Assembly (NCBI GenBank): GCA_965219995.1
Contig: CBDCOX010000002.1
Coordinates: forward strand, 3,456,001 to 3,520,000
Origin: Candidatus Latescibacterota bacterium
GTDB lineage: Bacteria; Latescibacterota; UBA2968; GCA-2709665
DNA: 64,000 bases
Reading direction: 5' to 3'
Both the position numbers and the translations under genes were made by a program. Shown piece after piece: positions 40,039 through 49,027 of this stretch. The notes beneath the pieces are model-generated. The model worked only from the letters and a program-made list of their open reading frames with translations. It was not told where the DNA came from and did not search any database. How positions within the stretch are numbered: the stretch's first letter is position 1; each line of letters starts with the position of its first letter.

Positions 40039-40587
40039 TTGCGTTTCCTTCGCGCCTACATTGGCTTTGCGAACCGGTTGAACGAACGCATTGGCGTTGC
40101 CGTATCGTGGCTTACGACGGTTCTGGTGGCTGTTGTCTGCTACGACGTGTTTACTCGGTATCTGCTGAAAAGCAGCCTGGTCGCGGTGCAGGAACTGCAA
40201 TGGCACCTGTTTGCGGTCATTTTCCTGATCGGCGCGGCCTATACCCTGAAACATGGCAAACATGTGCGCGTGGACGTCTTCTACAACCGCTTCTCGGCGA
40301 AAACCAGGGCATGGGTGGACTTCGCCGGGAGCCTGCTCTTTCTCATCCCCTTCTGCCTGGTCGCCATCTGGTGTTCCCACACGTTTGTCATGAACGCATT
40401 CGTTATCGGTGAAGGGTCGCCCGATCCCGGCGGACTACCGGCGCGGTTCATCCTCAAAGCCGCCATTCCCGCGGGCTTTTTTCTGCTGACCTTACAGGGT
40501 ATCGCGCTGGCATTCGGTTCCCTGATGAAGGTTGCCGGCAGCGAAGCGATCGATCCGGAAACCCAACCGCAGGGAGCGGACGCATGA
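40039..40587 (+). CDS. TRAP transporter small permease (DctQ family)
   Basis: ELQWHLF, HVRVDVFY and SPDPGGLP motifs; start uncertain. Confidence 0.9.
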   Translation: MRFLRAYIGFANRLNERIGVAVSWLTTVLVAVVCYDVFTRYLLKSSLVAVQELQWHLFAVIFLIGAAYTLKHGKHVRVDVFYNRFSAKTRAWVDFAGSLLFLIPFCLVAIWCSHTFVMNAFVIGEGSPDPGGLPARFILKAAIPAGFFLLTLQGIALAFGSLMKVAGSEAIDPETQPQGADA

Positions 40588-41903
40588 TCGAAGCCATGCC
40601 GCTTATCCTGTTCGGGGTCCTGTTTGTGCTGCTCCTGTTCGGCTTTCCCGTCGCATTCACGCTGGGCGGCGTTTCATTCATCCTGGGTTATCTCACGTTC
40701 GGCATCGACTTTTTCAACCTGCTGCCGCTGCGCATCTGGGGGGTGATGACCAATTACGTGCTCATCGCGGTCCCTCTGTTCGTCTATATGGGCGTCATGC
40801 TTGAGAAATCGGGGCTTGCCGAGGAACTGCTGGAAACCATGGCGCTGCTCTTCGGCAAGTTGCGCGGCGGTCTTGCCGTTTCCGTGATTGTCGTGGGCGC
40901 CCTGCTGGGTGCATCCACAGGCATTGTAGGGGCTACCGTCGTCACCATGGGCCTCCTGAGCCTGCCCACCATGCTCAGACGCGGTTACCGCACCGAACTC
41001 GCCACCGGGATCATCTCAGCATCCGGTACGCTGGGCCAGATCATCCCGCCCAGCATCGTCCTGGTGCTTCTGGGCAGCATCCTGAATATATCCATCGGCG
41101 ACATGTTCATCGCCGCCGTGATTCCAGGTCTCTGTCTCGTGGGTCTCTACCTGACCTGGATCGTGATTGTCGCCTTCACAAGGCCGGACTCCGCGCCTGC
41201 GATGCCCAGAGAGGACCTGGACCGGTTTGTGGGCGCCGTCAGGATCAAACAGACCATTCACGCCTTCCTGCTGCCAGGACTGCTGATAACGGCCGTCCTG
41301 GGATCCATCTTCGCCGGTGTCGCGTCTCCCACCGAAGCCGCCGCGGTGGGCGCCCTGGGCGCAACCGTGCTCACTCTGTGCAAGCGCAAGCTTTCCCTCG
41401 AAACCCTCAAGTCCGTCATGGCCGAGACCACCCACCTCACCTGCATGGTCTTCATCATCCTGGTTGGCGCCACTGCCTTCGGCCTTGTTTTCAGGGGACT
41501 GCACGGCGACGCGTATCTCACCCGATTGATCGTGGAAGCCGACCCGGGGCCACACGTTTTCCTCGCGCTCGTTATGGTCGTTATTTTTATCGCCGGATTC
41601 TTTATAGATTTCATCGAGATCACGTTCATCATCGTTCCGGTTGTCGCGCCGATCTTCTCGCACCTTGGCGTGGACCTCCTCTGGGTGGGCATCCTCATCG
41701 CGATGAACCTGCAGACGTCTTTCCTGACGCCGCCATTCGGATTCTCCCTCTTCTATTTGAAAGGCGTCGCGCCGCCCGAGGTTCAGACGGGCCACATCTA
41801 TCGCGGCATCATCCCCTTTATCATCGTGCAACTCATCGGCCTTACGCTGGTCATCGCCTTTCCCGAAGTGGCCACGTGGCTGCCCCGGTACCTGGCGTCG
41901 TGA
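40584..41903 (+). CDS. TRAP transporter large permease (DctM family)
   Basis: GTLGQIIPPS, SPTEAAAVG and QTSFLTPPFG motifs. Confidence 0.95.
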   Translation: MIEAMPLILFGVLFVLLLFGFPVAFTLGGVSFILGYLTFGIDFFNLLPLRIWGVMTNYVLIAVPLFVYMGVMLEKSGLAEELLETMALLFGKLRGGLAVSVIVVGALLGASTGIVGATVVTMGLLSLPTMLRRGYRTELATGIISASGTLGQIIPPSIVLVLLGSILNISIGDMFIAAVIPGLCLVGLYLTWIVIVAFTRPDSAPAMPREDLDRFVGAVRIKQTIHAFLLPGLLITAVLGSIFAGVASPTEAAAVGALGATVLTLCKRKLSLETLKSVMAETTHLTCMVFIILVGATAFGLVFRGLHGDAYLTRLIVEADPGPHVFLALVMVVIFIAGFFIDFIEITFIIVPVVAPIFSHLGVDLLWVGILIAMNLQTSFLTPPFGFSLFYLKGVAPPEVQTGHIYRGIIPFIIVQLIGLTLVIAFPEVATWLPRYLAS

Positions 41904-41911
41904 TCGAAAAC

Positions 41912-41945
41912 AAAAAACAGGGACGCGTCTCTAACGCATCCCTGT
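41912..41945 (-). terminator. Intrinsic terminator between the convergent TRAP genes
   Basis: ACAGGGACGCGT/ACGCATCCCTGT stem; A-tract on the plus strand. Confidence 0.7.
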
Positions 41946-41972
41946 CTGGCAAGACTGCCGTGTTCAAATCCG

Positions 41973-43094
41973 TTAACCCCCTATCGCGGAATAATACAGC
42001 TTCTCCGAAAGGCCGGCCCACGGGTCGATGTCCTTCCGAAACGCGTCGAAGGAAGCGTAAACCTTTTTGCTCATCGGATCGGCTTCGGCCACCTCTTCCT
42101 CAACTTCCTGTGAGAACCGGCGCAACGTTTTGAGGACCTCGTCCGAAAACCTGCGCAACTCGACATCGTGCTCTTTCGTGAGCTTCTGCAGATAAATGCT
42201 GTTCTTGGCCTCGAATTCGGAAAGCATCCAGACGTTGGACCGGGCGGCGGCCGCACGCACAATTTGCCGAAGATCGGTTGGCAACTGCTCGAACGCGAGC
42301 TTGTTGACGATCAGTTCCAGCGAGGTCCCCGGCTCGTGCCATCCCGGATAATAGTAATATCGCGCAGCTCTGAAGAATCCCATCAGGAAGTCATGGTACG
42401 GTCCGATCCATTCGGTAGCATCGATCACGCCGCGTTCGAGGTTGGTGTAGATTTCACCACCGGCTGAAAGCACGGCCGAACCGCCGGCCCTGGCGATCAC
42501 CTTGCCGCCCAGGCCCGGAATTCGCATTTTCAGGCCGTGAAAATCGGAAATACTGTTCATTTCACGGTTGAACCAACCGCCCATCTGGACTCCGGTATTG
42601 CCGACGGGCATCGCAATCAGGTTGAACGGGGCATACAGTTCCTGCCAGAGCTCCAGCCCGCCGCCGCTGTAGATCCAGGCATTGAGCTGTTGTCCGTTCA
42701 TGCCGAACGGAACCGCCGCGAAAAACTGCGTTGCCGGCGCTTTGCCGGCCCAATAATAGGCGGCGCCGTGGCACATCTCAACGGTACCCTGGCTGACGGC
42801 GTCGAAGCCTTCCAGCGGCGGAATCAGCTCGCCGCCGCCGTAGACGGTAATTTTCAGATGGCCGCCGGACATCTCGTCGATCCACCCGGCCAGCAGGTCC
42901 GCGCCTTCGCCAAGAATGGGAAAGTGCGGCGGCCACGTGGTTACCATCTTCCATTCGAACTTCCTCCGGGCGTGTACGGCGGGCGCGTCCGACTGTTCTT
43001 TCGCGGCCGGGCTGCAGCCCGCTATCGCCGCAACGCCGCCGGCAACCCCAACGGAGGCTTTTTTGAGAAAATCGCGTCGTTCGAACGTCTCCAT
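41973..43094 (-). CDS. TRAP substrate-binding protein (DctP/TakP-like, Tat signal)
   Basis: RRDFLK Tat motif; WKMVTTWP, GLKMRIPGLG and YYYPGWHEP motifs. Confidence 0.93.
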   Translation of the reverse strand: METFERRDFLKKASVGVAGGVAAIAGCSPAAKEQSDAPAVHARRKFEWKMVTTWPPHFPILGEGADLLAGWIDEMSGGHLKITVYGGGELIPPLEGFDAVSQGTVEMCHGAAYYWAGKAPATQFFAAVPFGMNGQQLNAWIYSGGGLELWQELYAPFNLIAMPVGNTGVQMGGWFNREMNSISDFHGLKMRIPGLGGKVIARAGGSAVLSAGGEIYTNLERGVIDATEWIGPYHDFLMGFFRAARYYYYPGWHEPGTSLELIVNKLAFEQLPTDLRQIVRAAAARSNVWMLSEFEAKNSIYLQKLTKEHDVELRRFSDEVLKTLRRFSQEVEEEVAEADPMSKKVYASFDAFRKDIDPWAGLSEKLYYSAIGG

Positions 43095-43234
43095 CTAACT
43101 CCTCCACGGCAGATCGAGTCGTAAAGCAAATGGTGGTCAACCAACGGAACAAGGTAGGCCGCGCACACAGCGATGGCAAGAAAAATGAGAACCCCCGTAC
43201 TCCTCCCCTGGAGGCCGGGGGTGGGGAGAAAGCA

Positions 43235-45970
43235 ATGAGCGAAACAGAGAAAAAGCTCTACCTGCTGGACGGAATGGCGCTGGTTTACCGCGCCCATTTC
43301 TCCATGATCCGCAACCCGCGAATGTCCTCCACCGGCCTGAATACGTCGACGGTATTCGTGCTCACGAACACCCTGCTGGATATTCTTAACAACGCGGATC
43401 CCAGTCATATCGGCGTTGTATTCGACACGCCCGAACCGACCCACCGGCACAGGATGTTCCCGGAATACAAGGCCCAGCGCGAGGCCATGCCCGAGGATCT
43501 CAGCGCCGCCCTACCCTATGTCTTTCGCCTGTGCGAAGCGTTCAACCTGCCCGTTGTCAGGGTACCCGGTTGGGAAGCGGACGACGTGATCGGAACGCTG
43601 GCCAAACGGGCGGAAACGGCGGGCTTTACAACCTATATGGTCACACCCGACAAGGACTACGGCCAACTGGTCTCGGACCGCACCTTCGTCTGCAAACCGG
43701 GCCGCACCGGCGACGTCGAAATTCAGGGAGTTAACGAGATTCTGGAGAAGTGGCAGATCGAACGCGTGGAACAGGTCATCGATATTCTGGGCCTGATGGG
43801 CGACAGTTCGGACAACGTGCCCGGGGTGCCGGGCGTGGGTGAAAAAACCGCCCAAAAACTGATCGGAAAGTATGGCAGCATCGAAAATCTGTTGGACAAC
43901 GTAGACGAACTTAAAGGAAAACAGAAGGAACGAGTCGAAGAAAACCGCGAGCAGGCCCTGCTTTCCAAGGAACTGGTCACAATAGATCGCGACGTCGTGC
44001 TGGACGTCAAACCCGACGACCTGGAACGCGCTGATTGGGACGAGCAGAAACTGCAGGCACTGTTTGTCGAACTCGAATTCAATACCCTGGGCCAGCGCCT
44101 TTTTGGCGAGACGTTCAAGGCCGGTCCCACCGCCGCCGCCGGCGAAATCGGAGGCGAAGTCCGAACCCTCAAAGACGTCGAACACGACTATAAACTGGTG
44201 GACACCGCTGAATCACGCGGCGAACTGATCGACGCGCTGAGTCAACGGAAAGCCTTCTGCTTCGACATCGAAACCACGGGCCTGAACCCCAGGAAGTGCG
44301 AGCTGATCGGCCTCGCCTTTTCCTGCGAAGCGCACACGGGATTCTACGTGCCATTGCCCGATGTGCCCGAAGAAGCGCTCGAAATCCTGGAAACCTTTCG
44401 TCCCGTTCTGGAAAATCCGGAAATCGAGAAAATCGGCCACCACCTGAAGTTCGATTTGAGCGTCCTGCGCTGGAAGGGCTTTCGCGTGAAGGGTCCGTTG
44501 TTCGACACGATGCTCGCCGCCTACCTGGCCACGCCCGATCTGCGCCGCACCATGGACTATCTGTCGGAAGCGCTGCTTGGATACCACCCCATCCCTATTT
44601 CCGATCTCATCGGCGAGAAAGGCGAGGACCAGTTGAGCCTGACGGACGTGCCGCTGGACCAGGTAACCACGTATGCGGCTGAGGACGCGGACATTACCCT
44701 TCAGCTGAGCGAAGTCCTGAGGTCCAGGCTCGAAGAAATGGGGCAGGTGCGCGTGTTCCGGGATGTGGAGTGTCCGCTCATCCCCGCCCTGGTCGAAATG
44801 GAATACGAGGGCATCCGGTGTGAAGCCGAGGCGCTTCGAGATTTGTCCGAAGGGCTCTCGGGAGAGATCGACCGGGCCAGGGAGCAGATCTTCCAGCTTG
44901 CCGGAGAACAATTCGATCTCAACTCGCCGAGGCAACTGGGCGACGTCCTCTTCGACAAACTGAAACTCGACCCGAATGCACGCCGGACGGCCAGGACCAA
45001 ACAGTACCAGACCACGGAGCAGGTGCTGCGGCGTCTGGCGTACAAGCACGAAATCGTGGAACAGGTGATGTTCTACAGGATGTGCACCAAATTGAAATCC
45101 ACCTACGTCGACCAGTTGCCCGGGTCGATCTTCAAACGAACGGGCCGCATCCATACGAATTACGAAGCGGCGGTTACGGCGACCGGCCGCCTGCAGTCTC
45201 ACGGTCCGAACATGCAGAATATTCCCATCCGCACCGAAATGGGCCGGGAGATCCGAAAGGCCTTCGTGCCGCGCGACGAAAACCACGTGCTGCTTGCCGC
45301 CGACTACTCCCAGATCGAACTCCGCGTGGCCGCCGAACTCAGCGGGGACGAAGCGCTCACGGAGGTTTTCAGACAGGGCGGCGACATCCACACCGCGACC
45401 GCAGAAAAAATCTACGGCATCGACGGGGCGACCGAAGATATGCGGCGACACGCGAAGACCGTCAACTTCGGCATCATCTACGGCATCTCGGCGTTCGGCC
45501 TGGCCGACCGCCTGGACATTTCCCGAAAGCAGGCGGCGGACCTGATCGCCAATTACTTCGATCAGTTTCCCGGCATCCGGACCTACATGGACGAAACCAT
45601 CGAGTTCGCCCGGGAGAATGGATACGTCGAAACGGTCACCGGCCGCCGCCGCTATCTGCGGGATATCAACTCAAGAAACGCCACCACCCGGAAGGGGGAA
45701 GAGCGAAACGCCATTAACTCGCGCATCCAGGGCACGGCCGCGGACATGATCAAGCTGGCGATGAGCCATATCCATCGCGTGATTCTTGAACGTGACCTCA
45801 GATCCCGGATGCTGCTCCAGGTCCACGACGAACTGGTCTTCGATATGCACCTGGAGGAGGCGGACGTCCTCCCGCCCATTGTCGAAGACGGGATGAAGTC
45901 GGCCATTCCCATGAAGGTACCGATCGTCGTGGAAATGGGCACGGGATCCAACTGGCTGGACGCGCATTGA
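43235..45970 (+). CDS. polA: DNA polymerase I
   Basis: 5'-3' exonuclease (LLDG, EADDVIG), 3'-5' exonuclease (FDIETTG), polymerase motifs DYSQIELR, K.VNFGIIYG and QVHDEL. Confidence 0.98.
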   Translation: MSETEKKLYLLDGMALVYRAHFSMIRNPRMSSTGLNTSTVFVLTNTLLDILNNADPSHIGVVFDTPEPTHRHRMFPEYKAQREAMPEDLSAALPYVFRLCEAFNLPVVRVPGWEADDVIGTLAKRAETAGFTTYMVTPDKDYGQLVSDRTFVCKPGRTGDVEIQGVNEILEKWQIERVEQVIDILGLMGDSSDNVPGVPGVGEKTAQKLIGKYGSIENLLDNVDELKGKQKERVEENREQALLSKELVTIDRDVVLDVKPDDLERADWDEQKLQALFVELEFNTLGQRLFGETFKAGPTAAAGEIGGEVRTLKDVEHDYKLVDTAESRGELIDALSQRKAFCFDIETTGLNPRKCELIGLAFSCEAHTGFYVPLPDVPEEALEILETFRPVLENPEIEKIGHHLKFDLSVLRWKGFRVKGPLFDTMLAAYLATPDLRRTMDYLSEALLGYHPIPISDLIGEKGEDQLSLTDVPLDQVTTYAAEDADITLQLSEVLRSRLEEMGQVRVFRDVECPLIPALVEMEYEGIRCEAEALRDLSEGLSGEIDRAREQIFQLAGEQFDLNSPRQLGDVLFDKLKLDPNARRTARTKQYQTTEQVLRRLAYKHEIVEQVMFYRMCTKLKSTYVDQLPGSIFKRTGRIHTNYEAAVTATGRLQSHGPNMQNIPIRTEMGREIRKAFVPRDENHVLLAADYSQIELRVAAELSGDEALTEVFRQGGDIHTATAEKIYGIDGATEDMRRHAKTVNFGIIYGISAFGLADRLDISRKQAADLIANYFDQFPGIRTYMDETIEFARENGYVETVTGRRRYLRDINSRNATTRKGEERNAINSRIQGTAADMIKLAMSHIHRVILERDLRSRMLLQVHDELVFDMHLEEADVLPPIVEDGMKSAIPMKVPIVVEMGTGSNWLDAH

Positions 45971-46071
45971 TCTTCATTAACGTACGTTCGATTGGCGATG
46001 CTGCGTTCATAGGGCTTCGGCGCCGGGGACGGTATTTTCATCCGGTTCTCAGTTGAAAACCCCAGGGTTAG

Positions 46072-47624
46072 CCTCAATGTGAAGTAAATCAGGCGGCATT
46101 CTGTAGTGCGTTGCAGATTTTGCGGTATTGTTTTTCGGTGTGCTTGTTTCGTTGGAGACGCAGGGTAAGCCGCCCTTCGGGTCGGATAAGGTGTCCGGCG
46201 CGGTTGATGATCTCGAACCGGAGGGTGCGTATGGATTTGAGGGGCCATCGGTTGGTATTTTTCAAGGTGCGATTGCGTTTTGTCAGTCCGGTTTCGATCT
46301 GGAAGTTGACCAGGAGGTTGTGCGCGAGAATGACGAACTGTTGCCAGGCACTATTGGCGTGGTAATTGTGTGTGGGGATGGTATCGAAGCTGAGACCGGT
46401 CTTGAGTTCGCCGATGGCTTTCTCGTGGATGCCACGTCCTGCCATGAAGCGCCAGAGCGCGCGCAACTTGAAGGGAAGATTGGTGGCCACCGCAGCGTAT
46501 TCGAAGGTGCCGTCATCGGGATCGAACAGGTCCAACTGGTAGTTCTTGCGGGTTTTATGGAAGACACGTTTTCGAAAGATGGCAATGTTGAGGGTGCGTT
46601 CCCATTTTTTGACCGTCAGCGTTGACGTAAAGCCGTCGACGCCTTTCTCGACGCGCTGCCAGTTGCTGCATTGACGGATTTTGTGCTGTAAGTCCAGGCC
46701 TTTCCAAAAGGGCACCTTGATGGCATACGAAGCCTTGTTCTTGTCGAGCCTGTTGATCACATCTTTCTTGAAAAAGTCGCCATCCATGCGGAATCGCAGG
46801 GAGTAGGCGTGTCCCAAGCTTTCTTTGATCTGAGAAAACAAATCCTTTAAAAACCCTATGGAGGCGCTGCCATCGTTGATGTTGCCGGGCCGGTTGTGCA
46901 CGCGGAGAAAATGACCACTGTCGGCCAGGTAGGCGGTGATCGGATAGTAACTGGGGACTTTGCGATGATGCGGATTATACCCACGGCGGGCGCCGCCGAC
47001 GCGTTTTCCGGTGCACAAGACGGTGCCATCCACGTCGATCGTCAGTTTCCGGGCGCGCAACAACTTGATCTTTTGAGCAACAACGTCGGCGTTGAGGGCT
47101 TTCAGGGCCTTCAAACCCTTGTCGGTAAACCGTCTCAGAAACGAGCTCATGCTGCGGGGCGTCGGTAGATCCGTCAGACCGCAGAACCGCTGCAGCAGGG
47201 GATCTCCTTTCAAGAAATCCAGATGCCGCAACCGACGGCCGCCTACCCACAGCAAACCCAACAGAACACGGGAAAGGCTCACCACACCGAAATCGCCGCC
47301 AAAGCACGCACTGCCCAGGTGACGGCGCAATTGCCTGTTCCAATCCACGTTCCGCAAATAGCGCATCAACAGCTCCAAACCCGCATACGAGGTGAGGCCT
47401 TCACCCGTGAATTCCATCTTCAAATTGTCGTTGACACGCGCGTGCAAATCGGCTTTCTTTCGTCTCACTGTACGTGGCCTTTCGTTTTGGGTGAATTGGG
47501 GGTTTCGTCGCTTCCCAATATACCAAAATGGAAGGCCTTTTCCTATTGAAAAATATAGACTTATCTGTATTTTCGCCTAGTCTTCAATGTCCCGAATTTC
47601 ATCAACATTATTTTCGCATTGAGG
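46072..47624 (-). mobile_element. IS1380 family insertion sequence (1553 bp)
   Basis: Terminal inverted repeats CCTCAATGTGAA and TTCGCATTGAGG; flanking TTAG direct repeat at 46068 and 47625. Confidence 0.9.
46089..47468 (-). CDS. IS1380 family transposase
   Basis: LTSYAG, IDVDGT, GYNP, RMDG and R...E..I.ELK DDE-type motifs. Confidence 0.92.
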   Translation of the reverse strand: MRRKKADLHARVNDNLKMEFTGEGLTSYAGLELLMRYLRNVDWNRQLRRHLGSACFGGDFGVVSLSRVLLGLLWVGGRRLRHLDFLKGDPLLQRFCGLTDLPTPRSMSSFLRRFTDKGLKALKALNADVVAQKIKLLRARKLTIDVDGTVLCTGKRVGGARRGYNPHHRKVPSYYPITAYLADSGHFLRVHNRPGNINDGSASIGFLKDLFSQIKESLGHAYSLRFRMDGDFFKKDVINRLDKNKASYAIKVPFWKGLDLQHKIRQCSNWQRVEKGVDGFTSTLTVKKWERTLNIAIFRKRVFHKTRKNYQLDLFDPDDGTFEYAAVATNLPFKLRALWRFMAGRGIHEKAIGELKTGLSFDTIPTHNYHANSAWQQFVILAHNLLVNFQIETGLTKRNRTLKNTNRWPLKSIRTLRFEIINRAGHLIRPEGRLTLRLQRNKHTEKQYRKICNALQNAA

Positions 47625-47670
47625 TTAGTCGGTCCGATTTAAAAAAACATCACATGTTCGGCGCACTTGC

Positions 47671-47703
47671 AGAGACGATCCACGGGTCGTCTCTCTTTTT
47701 TTT
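47671..47703 (+). terminator. Intrinsic terminator (probably the original polA terminator)
   Basis: AGAGACGATCC/GGGTCGTCTCT stem followed by a T8 tract. Confidence 0.8.
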
Positions 47704-47711
47704 GGCGCAAC

Positions 47712-47754
47712 ATACAACAAATCTGTTGACAACGAATTTGTTGTATAATATATT
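47712..47754 (+). promoter_or_regulatory. Sigma70 promoter overlapped by a palindromic operator
   Basis: TTGACA(47726)-N17-TATATT; inverted repeat ATACAACAAAT-N13-ATTTGTTGTAT (47712-47746). Confidence 0.75.
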
Positions 47755-47785
47755 TCCATCGGGTTCGAAAATCAAGGAGCCAAAT

Positions 47786-49027
47786 ATGAACTTATCTACG
47801 GGCCGCTGGGTTCGCGGCGATGATTTTTTCAATCGTGAACGTGAATTGCATATTCTGGAAACACTGGTGCGTGATCGAAACCACGTGTTGTTGACCGGAC
47901 AGCGGAGGATGGGTAAGACCAGCATTGTCCAGGAACTCGGTCGTCGACTCGAAAACGACGGATGGATCTTTCTCTTTGCGGATGTTGAAGGAGCGGCCAC
48001 TGCGGAGGACGCGATAGCCGAGGTGGCTCGTGAAGTACATCCCGTTCGCTCCATTTCATCCCGTCTGGCTCTCGGAATGAAGCGTTTCTTCGGCGAAGGC
48101 ATAGAGGAAATCAGCGCCTTCGAATTTGGCGTGAAGATACGTGCAGGGCTGAATGAGGGGAATTGGAGACGTCACGGTGAACAGATGTTCCGCGCTTGTG
48201 CCGAACAGGGCAAACCTGTGCTTCTGGTTATCGACGAATTGCCCATCTTTCTCAAGCGTATGCTACGGCAGGACGACGGGCCGCGGCGTGTAGACGAATT
48301 CCTGAGTTGGTTGCGAGGCGTTTTGCAGATTCTTGGCGATGAAGCTCCGGTCCTCGTAGTTTCCGGCAGTATCGGTCTTGAGCCCCTGGTGCGACGACTC
48401 GGGATACCCGACAGGATCAACCATTTATATCCGTTTCGTCTCGGACCTTGGGACCGTGAAACAAGCATGAATTGCTTTAACCGTCTTGCGAGCCGTTACG
48501 CATTGTCCGTCGCTGGCGGCGTGGCTGGTGCGGTATACGACACACTTGGAATCGGTATCCCTCATCATGTTCAGTCTTTTTTCGCCAGGCTGCGAGACCA
48601 CGCAATCCTGCACGGGCGGGATCGGCTGACGTTGGAAGACGTTGAATTTGTCCATCGCAATTCGTTACTGGGTCCCTCAGGACAAATCGACCTCGTACAC
48701 TATGAGACGCGCCTAAAGGAGGCTCTGGAAGATGAGAGTTACTCTATTGCTATGGAAGTCCTCGCCGAAGCGGCAGTTGAGGAAGTGTTCACGCCAGACG
48801 CTAAGAAATGTCTCGTACGGATGTATTCCAGGCTGGTAAATGACGCAGCCACACGCTTTGCAGACGTCCTCGAAGTCCTTGAACACGACGGGTATCTCGA
48901 ATCTAACGACGATGGTCATCGCTTTGCTTCACGTTTGCTGAAAGATTGGTGGACGGCCCGCTTTCGAGATCACCATGTCCCTATACGATGCCGCGAATCC
49001 AACGAAGATTCAAGGGAGGGAATGTAA
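47786..49027 (+). CDS. STAND-like/AAA+ P-loop ATPase
   Basis: V.GDDFFNRE, Walker A GQRRMGKTS, Walker B LVIDE, SGSIGL; AAGGAG RBS. Confidence 0.85.
   Translation: MNLSTGRWVRGDDFFNRERELHILETLVRDRNHVLLTGQRRMGKTSIVQELGRRLENDGWIFLFADVEGAATAEDAIAEVAREVHPVRSISSRLALGMKRFFGEGIEEISAFEFGVKIRAGLNEGNWRRHGEQMFRACAEQGKPVLLVIDELPIFLKRMLRQDDGPRRVDEFLSWLRGVLQILGDEAPVLVVSGSIGLEPLVRRLGIPDRINHLYPFRLGPWDRETSMNCFNRLASRYALSVAGGVAGAVYDTLGIGIPHHVQSFFARLRDHAILHGRDRLTLEDVEFVHRNSLLGPSGQIDLVHYETRLKEALEDESYSIAMEVLAEAAVEEVFTPDAKKCLVRMYSRLVNDAATRFADVLEVLEHDGYLESNDDGHRFASRLLKDWWTARFRDHHVPIRCRESNEDSREGM

Noticed and set aside
45971-46071. Possible ncRNA downstream of polA interrupted by the IS
   Set aside because: No recognisable structure or family could be supported by eye.
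47528-47785. N-terminal extension of the first ATPase in the ORF track
   Set aside because: It spans the IS end, terminator and promoter; the RBS supports ATG at 47786.
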